Of a DNA stretch of 37,780 nt, positions 1-8,791 are shown in pieces. This DNA is from an uncultured archaeon (GTDB taxonomy: Archaea > Aenigmatarchaeota > Aenigmatarchaeia > QMZP01 > JAFGSV01), in contig CAZSYZ010000002.1 of assembly GCA_964611445.1 (NCBI GenBank), positions 1-37,780 on the forward strand, in the 5' to 3' direction. Under the pieces are notes generated by a model. That model ran no database searches. It had not been told where the DNA came from and saw only the letters and a program-made list of their open reading frames with translations. The position numbers were made by a program, and so were the translations under genes. Every line of letters starts with the position of its first letter. Within the stretch, counting starts at the first letter, position 1.

Positions 1-247
1 TGGTGTCCTCCATGAACCATGGGAAGTGCTCAAGCGATTTCCTGAGCGACGGCGGGCTCCTGTTGAAGTCTATCCCGAGGGCCCTCTTCCTGGGGACGGA
101 CGAGACCACGAGCTTCCCCCCGACCTTCAGCCAGCAGAGGCTTGCGACCGTGTCGGAGTTTTCGTCCCTCGACGTGGGGGTCTCCAGGGCCGGGCCCGAA
201 TGCGGCGTCACCCATGTGACCTCCATGTTCCCGTTCTCCAGGACCAT
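1..247 (-). CDS. Partial CDS running off the left edge. It is a paralog of the adjacent 265..1158 gene.
   Basis: It is absent from the ORF track because no stop lies in the window. My translation from the ATG at 247 is MVLENGNMEVTWVTPHSGPALETPTSRDENSDTVASLCWLKVGGKLVVSSVPRKRALGIDFNRSPPSLRKSLEHFPWFMEDT. This is colinear with WVAPHAGPGF..DDKTDVIAGLCCNKIGGKAIVSNASRIRDFGVDFNRAPPSQKDSF of the neighbouring gene. Confidence 0.55.
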   Translation of the reverse strand, partial: MVLENGNMEVTWVTPHSGPALETPTSRDENSDTVASLCWLKVGGKLVVSSVPRKRALGIDFNRSPPSLRKSLEHFPWFMEDT

Positions 248-264
248 GAAGCCGCGATTCAGCT

Positions 265-1158
265 TCATATGACCCCCCTCACGATTTCACAGATTATGTC
301 GCTCGCCATGTCAGGGTACCACTGGCTCAGGAAGATGGACACTTCGGTCTGAATGATTTTTGTATCTCCTGACAGGTTCTTAAGGCCATGGGATTTGTCG
401 CCGGTGAATACCTGTCTTATGGTAACTTTAGGAAATACTTTTTTCATATAATTTTCAATGCCCGGGAGTATGCCGTCAACGGATTTTGCGCCGACTATTT
501 TCATGTGGGTATTCAGGTCGTATGTGAATTCCTTCTCCACCTTGCCTTTGGGCGCGCGCCTGACAAACTCAATAGATCTCTTTTCATTGTGAACCATGTA
601 ATCCGTGAAGTCTTTTTTTATCTTGCCGAAGAAAGCGGCATATTTCCTGTTTACCTTCTCGACAGATGATTTCAGGACATTCTCATCAATCCCGGATGAA
701 AATATGTCAATCAAGCTCTTGCATGTCTTGGGCGTGACGTACATCGTGTGAATCAAGACAGCGGTATCACTCTTACCGACTTCTCTCCAGAAAGATCTGT
801 ATAACTTCAGCCTCTGCCTGTGATCATCCTCATCTTCGGCAACCCATGCGTATTGGCGCTTGTATTTGTAATAGGCCTCCTGGTCAATTCTGCCGCTTTT
901 GAGGATGCTGTTCATCCTGAAAGAATCTTTCTGTGAGGGAGGCGCGCGGTTGAAATCCACACCGAAGTCCCTTATCCTGCTGGCGTTGGAGACTATCGCT
1001 TTTCCTCCAATCTTATTGCAGCACAGCCCGGCAATGACATCAGTCTTGTCGTCCCTTGAATCTGAGAACTTGAAGCCTGGTCCGGCATGCGGTGCTACCC
1101 AGGCGGGTCCGTCTCCTCCATCAAATACACTGAAGCCCGGAAAGAATTTAACCCTCAT
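265..1158 (-). CDS. Hypothetical protein with a weak resemblance to the N-formylglutamate amidohydrolase motif set (PHAG .. DxxTD .. SRxxxxGVDFNR).
   Basis: A 297-aa ORF that is visibly less GC-rich than its paralog at 1..247. The family call rests on motifs only. Confidence 0.6.
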   Translation of the reverse strand: MRVKFFPGFSVFDGGDGPAWVAPHAGPGFKFSDSRDDKTDVIAGLCCNKIGGKAIVSNASRIRDFGVDFNRAPPSQKDSFRMNSILKSGRIDQEAYYKYKRQYAWVAEDEDDHRQRLKLYRSFWREVGKSDTAVLIHTMYVTPKTCKSLIDIFSSGIDENVLKSSVEKVNRKYAAFFGKIKKDFTDYMVHNEKRSIEFVRRAPKGKVEKEFTYDLNTHMKIVGAKSVDGILPGIENYMKKVFPKVTIRQVFTGDKSHGLKNLSGDTKIIQTEVSIFLSQWYPDMASDIICEIVRGVI

Positions 1159-1209
1159 AAAAGTATATTGGTCCGGATTCTATTTGTTTTTAACTGTCTG
1201 ATGCGGCAT

Positions 1210-2055
1210 TCACTTCTTTTTCTGCTTCTCGACTACTTCCCTCGCCATCCTGGTGTTCGGGATCAGGACGACCTTTCCGTTCACCTTGAGCTTCGTCACG
1301 AGCTGGTCCACCTCTTCGACGATGCCCGTATACCCGGCGACCTTTATCCTGTCGCCCGCCCTGAAGTTGCCCTTCACCTGAAGCCCCGCGGTTATTTCGG
1401 GTATGATGTCCTTTATCCCGAAGGCCGTTATGATTATTATGGTCACAAGCAGCGCCGAGAGCAGTATCGCGAGTGCCGCGGTCTCGATGCCCAGCAGCGC
1501 CAGCGACATTATGATGACCACGAGCCCGACGCTGTACCTAACGAGGCCGCCCACGAACCTGCCCAGGCCTTCCCCGCCGAGCAGCTTCCCGCTGGCCTCC
1601 TCGAAGACCTTCCCGAAGAAGTCGGCTATTATGAAGCCGACCACCATGAGCAGGATGGCCCCTATGAACCTCGGGACGAATATGGCGACCTGGTTGAAGA
1701 GGTCGGCCACGCCGGACAGGCCAAGCGTCTGGAGTATGAACGTGAAGAACAGTATGTATATGAGCCATTTGACAAGGTCCGCTATGAGCTCCACTATGCT
1801 TCCCTTGTATCCCGTTATCCTGAGCACGCCCTCGGCCCACGACTTGTCGGTCAGGTTCTTGAGGCCCACGATCCTGAGGAGCCTTCTGGTAAGTGACTTC
1901 CCGACCTTCCCGGCTATGTACGCCACCGCGAGGATGAGCACTATCTCGAGCATTATCCTGATGTTCGGAAGTATGTAATCGGGTATGATCCTTGCCGAAA
2001 AATTCCCCATCCACGTCCACAGCGGCGCGAAGAATGCGTTCAGGTCCATGCTCAT
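1210..2055 (-). CDS. Small-conductance mechanosensitive channel (MscS family).
   Basis: Several N-terminal TM helices, then a C-terminal beta-domain motif GDRIKVAGYTGIVEEVDQLVTKLKVNGKVVLIPNTRM typical of MscS. Confidence 0.8.
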   Translation of the reverse strand: MSMDLNAFFAPLWTWMGNFSARIIPDYILPNIRIMLEIVLILAVAYIAGKVGKSLTRRLLRIVGLKNLTDKSWAEGVLRITGYKGSIVELIADLVKWLIYILFFTFILQTLGLSGVADLFNQVAIFVPRFIGAILLMVVGFIIADFFGKVFEEASGKLLGGEGLGRFVGGLVRYSVGLVVIIMSLALLGIETAALAILLSALLVTIIIITAFGIKDIIPEITAGLQVKGNFRAGDRIKVAGYTGIVEEVDQLVTKLKVNGKVVLIPNTRMAREVVEKQKKK

Positions 2056-2082
2056 ATTTTGCCTCCGGTTTATAAAAATGCG

Positions 2083-2994
2083 CTACTTTCCCCTAAGGAC
2101 GTCCTTCATCACGGATTTCGCGTCCTCGAAGAACTTCACAAGCATGGGCTTCTCCTGATGTCGGCGGTAGTTTTCGTGCATGCACTCGATGGTCTTGCGC
2201 GCTATGTTGACCTTCGTCACGCTGCTCGCTGCCTGGAGTTCCGGATTGAGCTCTATGTTCACGACCTTCGGCTCGCCCTTGAGCGACATGTCGACCCTCA
2301 CTATCTGCGTGTCTATGGCCGCAGCCGCCTTCAGCGCCAGCTGTTTCGCCTCTACGCTGAGATTGTGCGCCTTCAGCTTTCCCGGCGAGAATATGACATC
2401 CTGCTCCTTCGTGCTTTTTTTCACTGAGGCTATGACGTCCGGGCTGGCCACGTAAGCGGAGACGAGGTCCCTCACCCGGTCCTCGATGAGGACGGGCTGC
2501 TCGAGCGACCCCAGGGCCTCGATTATGCTCTTGGCCTCGGTCCTGCTCTTCACGGTCACGCCCGTCTTCTGCGAGGGGACCCTCAGCACCACGGGGAATT
2601 CCACGGTCTCGAGGATGCTGGTCGCCGCCCTCACGGACCTCGCCAGGTGGAGGTGGAGCGTGTCCACGTCCCTCTTCCGCAGCACCGTGAGCAGGAAGAA
2701 CCTTTCGGAGGCGAGAAGGAACGCTATCGGAGGCACGGGCATGAACGTCTTCGATGGGAAGAGCGAAAGGAGCTGGTAGGCGTAGGAGTGGTACTTCCTG
2801 GGGACCCTCGGCAGTATGGCGTCGAACTTTAGCAGGTCCGAGTTCCTGTAGCTTATGCTGAAGTCGGAATTGAGCCCGACGCCTATGCTCTCAATGGGAA
2901 CGAAGAACACGGAGCCGAAACGCTTCTTGGCCTCTTCGAGCAGCTTCAGGTTGCTTCCGGTCTTTTCGTGGCCGAGTATGCAAAGACTCATCAA
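2083..2994 (-). CDS. RimK-like ATP-grasp paralog, apparently degenerate.
   Basis: A 303-aa ORF colinear with the adjacent RimK-type ligase in length and layout (N-terminal pre-ATP-grasp, central and C-terminal lobes). It does not have the clean ligase motifs of its neighbour. Confidence 0.65.
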   Translation of the reverse strand: MMSLCILGHEKTGSNLKLLEEAKKRFGSVFFVPIESIGVGLNSDFSISYRNSDLLKFDAILPRVPRKYHSYAYQLLSLFPSKTFMPVPPIAFLLASERFFLLTVLRKRDVDTLHLHLARSVRAATSILETVEFPVVLRVPSQKTGVTVKSRTEAKSIIEALGSLEQPVLIEDRVRDLVSAYVASPDVIASVKKSTKEQDVIFSPGKLKAHNLSVEAKQLALKAAAAIDTQIVRVDMSLKGEPKVVNIELNPELQAASSVTKVNIARKTIECMHENYRRHQEKPMLVKFFEDAKSVMKDVLRGK

Positions 2995-3066
2995 ATCACC
3001 GGTGCCTAATATATGCTCGGCACAGTGTTTAAAAAGATTTGCGCGTTTTGGCTTAGAAACCGTTAC

Positions 3067-3948
3067 CTATCTCCTCGTCTCTCCCCTGATGTAGTCCATT
3101 ACGCGCTGCGCCACGTTTATGTTCGTGGCCTTCTCTATGCCCTGGAGGCCGGGGTTTATGTTGACTTCGATCACGTATGCCTTCCCCTTGCTCTCGACCA
3201 TGTCTATCGCGCATATCCTGCTGTCTATGGCCCTGGCGGCCTCAATTGCTATTTCCCTCATCTCCGGATCCACTTTGAAGTCGACCCCCCTACCGCCGAG
3301 GTGGATGTTGGCCTTCTTGCTGTCCTTCCCCGCAATCCTCTTGAACGACGCTATGACCTCGTCGCCGGCAACGAATGCCCTGATGTCCTCGCCGGGATTG
3401 GGCAGGTACTCCTCGAGCAGCACCTCCTGCCTCAGGCTCTTCATGGCGTGTATGGTGGCCTTTGCGGCGTCCCTGCTCTCCATTATCATCACCCCCTCGC
3501 CACCAAAACCGGACAAGAGCTTCATTATTATGGGAAGCTTCTGCTTGTCAACGATTTTGTTTGCCGTTTCCTTCGAGCCCGTTATCCAGGTCTCGGGCAC
3601 AGGGACCCCCCTCTTGGTGAGCTCCATGAGCGTGAGAAACTTATTGTGGGCGACCAGGATTGTCGTGGCGGGATAAGGCTTATTCACACCGGATTCGTCA
3701 AGGAACCTCAGTATCGGATATCCTATGCTTGCCCTCTTCGAGTCTATCCTTGTCAGTATGTAATCGAAATCCTCAAGGTTCTTTTTGCCGTACTTGGCGG
3801 AGGCCTTCTTCCCCACGGCCAGGACCACGTCCTTTAGGGGGATGTATTCGACCTTCTTGAACTCTCTCCTGGCCTCCTCGAGAAGCCTGCGCGTCGAGTG
3901 CCCCGCGAATTCGGGGGTCGGTCCCATGATGGCAAATTTCATCGGCAT
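3067..3948 (-). CDS. RimK-family alpha-L-glutamate ligase (ATP-grasp).
   Basis: Contains KLLSGFGGEGVMIMES, DIRAFVAGDEVIASFKR and ICAIDMVESKGKAYVIEVNINPGLQGIEKATNINVA, which are typical RimK/LysX/CofF-type ATP-grasp blocks. Confidence 0.85.
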   Translation of the reverse strand: MPMKFAIMGPTPEFAGHSTRRLLEEARREFKKVEYIPLKDVVLAVGKKASAKYGKKNLEDFDYILTRIDSKRASIGYPILRFLDESGVNKPYPATTILVAHNKFLTLMELTKRGVPVPETWITGSKETANKIVDKQKLPIIMKLLSGFGGEGVMIMESRDAAKATIHAMKSLRQEVLLEEYLPNPGEDIRAFVAGDEVIASFKRIAGKDSKKANIHLGGRGVDFKVDPEMREIAIEAARAIDSRICAIDMVESKGKAYVIEVNINPGLQGIEKATNINVAQRVMDYIRGETRR

Positions 3949-3985
3949 CAGCTGATTCTTTATTGACAGGGCTACTTAAAAGCGG

Positions 3986-4381
3986 CTATTTGTATTCGGA
4001 AAGCATGTTCTTTCCCTTCGCGACCCGCCTGAAGAGCTCGCTGTTCTTTTCGGCGTCCACGAGGAAATGCCCTGCCAGTATGTTCCTCCCCACCAGGACG
4101 GGGAATGCCATGTTGCTCCTGTCGGCCACGTTGACCTCGGTGTTGAACTTCTTTCCGCCGAGTACCACGGTGGCGTGAAGCACGGCCCTTCTGGTCCCGG
4201 TGTCCTTTGAGGCGCTCTTTATCTTCGTGACCCTCTTCACGGGGCCTATGCCCGCCTCTGCGGCAAGCGTTATGTCGACCGAGGTCAGCTTTGCTCCGGT
4301 GTCGACGAGCCCGAGCGCCTCGGCCTCGCCGCTGCTTCCCACTATCTTCACCTTCTCGATGATTCCAAGAACTTTCTTCAT
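3986..4381 (-). CDS. Retropepsin-like aspartic protease of the RimK-associated family (PF05618-type, RimB-like).
   Basis: A 131-aa ORF with the LVDTGAKLTSV active-site-like DTGA motif, lying immediately upstream of the rimK-like genes in the same orientation. Confidence 0.7.
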   Translation of the reverse strand: MKKVLGIIEKVKIVGSSGEAEALGLVDTGAKLTSVDITLAAEAGIGPVKRVTKIKSASKDTGTRRAVLHATVVLGGKKFNTEVNVADRSNMAFPVLVGRNILAGHFLVDAEKNSELFRRVAKGKNMLSEYK

Positions 4382-4414
4382 GCTTTATTTTAAACTGCAT
4401 TCTATTTTAAGATT

Positions 4415-5983
4415 ATGGACGATTTCGTGGAGCACCGCCTCATAAAGCCCGGGACGCTGCAGGCTAGGCTTTACCAGCAGCAGATACTGGGGCGCGCGGT
4501 GAACGAGAACCTGCTCGTGGTCCTGCCGACAGGGCTCGGCAAGACCCCGATAGCCGTGATGCTCGCCGTGCACAGGCTGGAAAAGATGCCCGAGGGAAAG
4601 ATAATGGTGCTTGCGCCCACGAAGCCGCTGACGAGCCAGCACTGCCACAGCTTCAAAACCTTTCTCAATGTCGACGAATCCAGGTTCCAGGTGGTCACCG
4701 GGGAGATGAAGCCAGCCGAAAGGCGCGGCATATACGACCGCAAGGACATCATATTCGCGACCCCCCAGACCATCAGGAACGATTTGGAGAAGGACATCAT
4801 AGACTTAAGGCAGTTCTCCCTGCTGGTTTTCGACGAGGCCCACCACGCCATAGGAGGCTACGCCTACCCGTACATAGCAAGGAAGTACATGGAGCAGGGC
4901 AGGAACCCGCGCATACTGGCGCTGAGCGCGTCCCCCGGGGCCACCCACGAGAAGATAAGCGAGATATGCGCGAACCTCGGGGTGAAGGCCGTTGACATAA
5001 GGACCGAGAAGGACAGGGACTTGAAGCCCTACGTCCAGGACAAGGACGTCATGCAGGTGAAGGTCAGCCTCCCGCCTTCGTTCATGTCGATAAAAATGCT
5101 CATGGAGGATGTATACACCAGGAAACTGGGCCACCTGAGGAAGTTCGGCTTCACCAAGCCCGCGAGGCTTGTGAACAAGCGCGACCTGCTAGCGCTTCAG
5201 GGGGACTTCATGTCCCGGCTGCGCTCCGGGAACAGGTCGTCGTTCGCGGCCGTTTCCATAGTCACCCAGTGCATAAAGCTGGAGCACGCGATGGGCCTCC
5301 TTGAGACGCAGGGCATAAGGCCGCTGATGGAATACTGGGAGAAGATGGCGAAGAACAAGACCAAGGCTGACAAGATAATATCGAACGACGCGAAGATAAA
5401 GAAGGCCATGAAGCTCACGCGCGAGCTTTCGGAGAGGGGCTCTAGGCATCCCAAGATATCGAAGCTCTGCTCAGTCGTGGACGCGGAGCTGAACAGGAAC
5501 CCCGGGGCGAGGATAATAGTGTTCGCCAACTACAGGACGAGCGTCGGCGACATCGTGGATTCGCTGGGGAAGGTCGCCGGCGCGAGGCCCGTGCGATTCG
5601 TCGGCCAGAAGGAGGGCGTCACCCAGAAGCAGCAGATTGAGACCATAAGGAAGTTCCGCGAGGGGGAGCACAACGTACTCGTCGCGACGGCCGTGGGGGA
5701 GGAGGGCCTGGACATCCCGAGCGCCAACCTCGCGATATTCTACGAGCCGGTCCCGAGCCCGCTCAGGTCCATACAGCGCAGGGGCAGGGTGGGCCGCGCG
5801 GACATAGGCAGGGTTGTGCTCCTCATAACCGAGGGCACGCGCGACGAGGGCTATTACTGGACCTCCTACCACAAGGAGAAGCGCATGAAGAGCATCCTGA
5901 GAGGCATGAAGGAGAGCGGGGAAGAGGCCGAGGGCGCGGAAGAAAAGAGAAAGGGCCCGCTGACGCTCGGGGACTTCTATTGA
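4415..5983 (+). CDS. Hef/FANCM-like SF2 helicase (COG1111 type) with no C-terminal XPF nuclease domain.
   Basis: Contains LPTGLGKT (Walker A), FDEAHH (DEAH box), SASPG and QRRGRVGR. It ends in a short acidic tail, ...GEEAEGAEEKRKGPLTLGDFY. Confidence 0.9.
   Translation: MDDFVEHRLIKPGTLQARLYQQQILGRAVNENLLVVLPTGLGKTPIAVMLAVHRLEKMPEGKIMVLAPTKPLTSQHCHSFKTFLNVDESRFQVVTGEMKPAERRGIYDRKDIIFATPQTIRNDLEKDIIDLRQFSLLVFDEAHHAIGGYAYPYIARKYMEQGRNPRILALSASPGATHEKISEICANLGVKAVDIRTEKDRDLKPYVQDKDVMQVKVSLPPSFMSIKMLMEDVYTRKLGHLRKFGFTKPARLVNKRDLLALQGDFMSRLRSGNRSSFAAVSIVTQCIKLEHAMGLLETQGIRPLMEYWEKMAKNKTKADKIISNDAKIKKAMKLTRELSERGSRHPKISKLCSVVDAELNRNPGARIIVFANYRTSVGDIVDSLGKVAGARPVRFVGQKEGVTQKQQIETIRKFREGEHNVLVATAVGEEGLDIPSANLAIFYEPVPSPLRSIQRRGRVGRADIGRVVLLITEGTRDEGYYWTSYHKEKRMKSILRGMKESGEEAEGAEEKRKGPLTLGDFY
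5847..5983. repeat. Helicase 3'-end repeat, copy 1. This is the in-gene copy, with variant tail ..gaagaaaagagaaaggg..ttctattga.
   Basis: It aligns base for base with 8792..8928 (same 137-bp length), and its last 99 bp align with 7306..7404. Confidence 0.9.
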
Positions 5984-6047
5984 CAGTAGAAATAAGTTTC
6001 TATTTACAATAGAAAGATTTAAAAACAAGCAGGTATTATAATTAATA

Positions 6048-7283
6048 GTGATAAGAAAAGATAAGCTCAGTGAGATTATTGAAAACCAAAGACGCTGGAT
6101 AACTGAAATTGACAGGGGAACCGAAAGGGAATATCTGGAAGAGGTCAGATTGACAGAAGACTTCGCTCTCGTCATTTCCGGAGTAAGGAGATGCGGTAAA
6201 AGCACTTTTCTAAGCCAAATACTGAAAAGCCGGGAAAAGTTTTATTATCTCAATCTCGAGGACCCGAACCTAACGGATTTCGAACTGAAGGATTTCATCA
6301 GGGCAGATGAGATTTTCAAAGAAAAATATGGGAAGAGAGGAGTTTATTTTTTTGACGAAATTCAGAACGTCGGTGAATGGGAAAGGTTCGTAAGACATAT
6401 CGTAGACAGAAAAGAGAAGGTCGTTTTAACAGGCTCAAACGCTTCTCTATTGAGCAGGGAACTTGGAACCAAACTGACGGGAAGGTACACAAGGATAGAA
6501 ATGTACCCCTTTTCTTACAACGAGTTTCTGAGGTTTTTCGGCATGAAGCCGTCGCCTGAATCCTATGGAAAATACCTTATGAAGGGAGGCTTTCCCCAAT
6601 TCCTGAAGAACGAAGACGAATCCATACTGCACGAACTGCTCAATAACATTGTAATGAGGGATGTTGCAATAAGGTTCGGGATAAAGAATACACACACACT
6701 CAAAAGGCTCGCGGTATGGCTTATAAGCAACACAGGAAAGGAGTTTTCTTACAATTCGCTGAAAAAGACCTTCAGCGTAAAATCTGTCCAGAGTGTAATA
6801 GACTATGTTTCTTTTTTTGAGGATGCGTATCTTGTATTCACTCTGCCGAGATTCAGCTACTCGTACAGGACCCAACAGATGAGCCCGAAAAAAATATATT
6901 CAATAGATAACGGGTTTTCCCGTGCAAACTCGGTATCGTTTTCAAAGGATATGGGGAGGATGCTCGAAAACAGCGTCTTTCTGAGCCTCAAAAGGATTTA
7001 CGGAGACGTCTTTTATTTCCAAGAGGAAGAAGAATGTGATTTTGTTGTGAAGGAAAAGAACAAAGTAAGCAGGGCGTTTCAGGTATGTTATGAGATCAAT
7101 GACGACAATGAGAAAAGGGAAATAAACGGCCTGATGGAGGCAATGGACAAATTCAACATTGAAAACGGCCTTATTCTGACGTATAACCAGGACGATGTAG
7201 TTAAAATAGGTGGCAAGAGCATCACGGTAAAGCCTGCCTGGAAATGGCTCACACAGAGAAAACATGCTGAGAAAAGCGAGTGA
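6048..7283 (+). CDS. AAA+ ATPase of the COG1373 type (AAA_14 + DUF4143) with a PD-(D/E)xK-like C-terminal region.
   Basis: Contains GVRRCGKST (Walker A), VYFFDEIQNV (Walker B) and a C-terminal EEEECDFVVKEKNKVSRAFQVCYE. The start codon is GTG. Confidence 0.85.
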   Translation: MIRKDKLSEIIENQRRWITEIDRGTEREYLEEVRLTEDFALVISGVRRCGKSTFLSQILKSREKFYYLNLEDPNLTDFELKDFIRADEIFKEKYGKRGVYFFDEIQNVGEWERFVRHIVDRKEKVVLTGSNASLLSRELGTKLTGRYTRIEMYPFSYNEFLRFFGMKPSPESYGKYLMKGGFPQFLKNEDESILHELLNNIVMRDVAIRFGIKNTHTLKRLAVWLISNTGKEFSYNSLKKTFSVKSVQSVIDYVSFFEDAYLVFTLPRFSYSYRTQQMSPKKIYSIDNGFSRANSVSFSKDMGRMLENSVFLSLKRIYGDVFYFQEEEECDFVVKEKNKVSRAFQVCYEINDDNEKREINGLMEAMDKFNIENGLILTYNQDDVVKIGGKSITVKPAWKWLTQRKHAEKSE

Positions 7284-7305
7284 TGGCAGCCAAAAATCAG
7301 GTCCG

Positions 7306-7404
7306 ATGAAGACCATCCTGAAGGACATGAAGGAGAGCGGGGAAGAGGCCGAGGGCGCGGAAGTGAAAAGGAAGGGCCCGCTGACGCTCGGGGACTTCTG
7401 CTGA
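7306..7404. repeat. Helicase 3'-end repeat, copy 2 (99 bp including a TGA).
   Basis: The sequence atgaagaccatcctgaaggacatgaaggagagcggggaagaggccgagggcgcggaagtgaaaaggaagggcccgctgacgctcggggacttctgctga differs from copy 1 at its left end and in the last ~45 bp. Its tail is identical to the tail of copy 3. Confidence 0.9.
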
Positions 7405-7406
7405 TT

Positions 7407-8723
7407 CTATGGTTTCGGAGCGGGATTGCTCCGGCCGGCTTCCAGCAGCCATTTCCACAGCGGAATGAAAAGTATTTTCATGTTTCCTATAGTTTCTTCC
7501 TTTTCCACATCCATCGTTATAATAGTCCCTTCTTTCAGTCCGTGGAAATTCATGGCTTCCAGCAGTCCTTCAATTTCCCTCTTATAATTTTTCTCGTTCA
7601 GTTCAGTGGTCACCTGAATGGCTCCCGTCACCCTGTCCTTCTCCCTTATAAGGAAATCGCATTCATGCTTTTTCCTGTGATAGAAAACATCAGCTTTCCT
7701 TCTCTTCAACTCTATGAAAACCAGATTCTCCGCCAATTTCCCGACCTCGCCCGAAAATTTGAAACTCACGGCATTGAGAAGGCCGTTGTCGATGCAGTAT
7801 ATCTTTTTGATTGAGCCAAGCTGCTTTGTTAAAGAATAATCGTACTTCATATTCTGGAAAAAGAGATACGCATCCTCAAAATAGGATATAAATTCGATGA
7901 CCGTGTTTTTGCTTATATTGAATCCAAGAGATTTCATCTTATTGGCCAGTTTGCTGTATGAAATTTCATGCGATGCCGATTCAAACAGCAGCTTGGCAAG
8001 AATCTGAAGTTTCTTGATTTCTTTTATGCCATACCTCTCCACAATGTCCTTGAAAATCATGGACTGCAGATAACCCTGCAGAATCGTTTCTTTCGGGACA
8101 TTTTCATTTATCAGGATTGACGGGTAACCTCCTCCGAAGAGATATGAATCGAATGCCTTCTTTATTTTGAACCTTTTTTTGCTGTACGAAATTTCCCTGG
8201 CGTCGCGGGGAATCCCTTTCCAGTCCAGAAATTCCGTGAAGCTCAGGGGGAAGACCTCGGTGTTGAAGATTCTCCCTCTCAGCTTGGTGGATATTTCCCT
8301 GCTCAGCATTTTTGAAGAAGACCCCGTAATAACTATTTTCAGGTTTTTATTCATGTCGTACAACCTTCTGACCCAGACATCCCAATCCCTCACGTTCTGC
8401 AATTCATCCAGAAAGATGTATATCTTCTGTTTTTCGTTCAAATCGGACAATTCGTAAAAGGTATCCAACAGCCTGTCGAGGTCTTCCGCACCAGCCCCGA
8501 GCAGCTTTTCGTCCTCAAAGTTTATATAGAGGACATTGTCCTTTTTCACACCGTCCTTCAGGAGAGACCTTATCTTCTGGAAGCAGAGGTACGTCTTTCC
8601 CGCCCTTCTGGGCCCAGTGACGGTTGATATGAAATCGTGGTCCATGCTTATGCCCGTTTCCCTGTGAAAAACCTCGGGAATCTGGAATTCCTGCCACTGC
8701 ACTATTATTTTCTTGTAATCCAT
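7407..8723 (-). CDS. AAA+ ATPase of the COG1373 type (AAA_14 + DUF4143) with a PD-(D/E)xK-like C-terminal region.
   Basis: Contains GPRRAGKTY (Walker A), IYIFLDELQNV (Walker B) and a C-terminal KHECDFLIREKDRVTGAIQVTTE. It is a paralog of 6048..7283. Confidence 0.85.
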   Translation of the reverse strand: MDYKKIIVQWQEFQIPEVFHRETGISMDHDFISTVTGPRRAGKTYLCFQKIRSLLKDGVKKDNVLYINFEDEKLLGAGAEDLDRLLDTFYELSDLNEKQKIYIFLDELQNVRDWDVWVRRLYDMNKNLKIVITGSSSKMLSREISTKLRGRIFNTEVFPLSFTEFLDWKGIPRDAREISYSKKRFKIKKAFDSYLFGGGYPSILINENVPKETILQGYLQSMIFKDIVERYGIKEIKKLQILAKLLFESASHEISYSKLANKMKSLGFNISKNTVIEFISYFEDAYLFFQNMKYDYSLTKQLGSIKKIYCIDNGLLNAVSFKFSGEVGKLAENLVFIELKRRKADVFYHRKKHECDFLIREKDRVTGAIQVTTELNEKNYKREIEGLLEAMNFHGLKEGTIITMDVEKEETIGNMKILFIPLWKWLLEAGRSNPAPKP

Positions 8724-8791
8724 ACCAATTCACTGAACAAATTATCCATAATTTGTATTATTCACTGAACATATTTATAAATATTACCTTC

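Larger units (their letters stand above)
5984..7404. mobile_element. Putative inserted cassette 1. It is AT-rich, carries a single AAA+/DUF4143 gene, and is bounded on the right by helicase-tail copy 2.
   Basis: There is an abrupt drop in GC right after the helicase stop. The cassette is flanked by direct copies of the helicase 3' end. No recombinase gene is visible. Confidence 0.5.

Noticed and set aside
1087-1896. Long ORFs antisense to, or out of frame with, well-supported genes. Examples are 1087-1896(+), 3013-3837(+), 5471-6205(-), 14464-15045(-), 24005-24823(-), 27332-28198(+), 36318-37370(+) and 26865-27638(-) beyond 27305.
   Set aside because: They overlap genes with clear family motifs (MscS, RimK, helicase, NrdG, aCPSF1, radical SAM, Lrp). 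Their translations are low-complexity and rich in R, P, G and H, as expected for shadow ORFs in GC-rich DNA.
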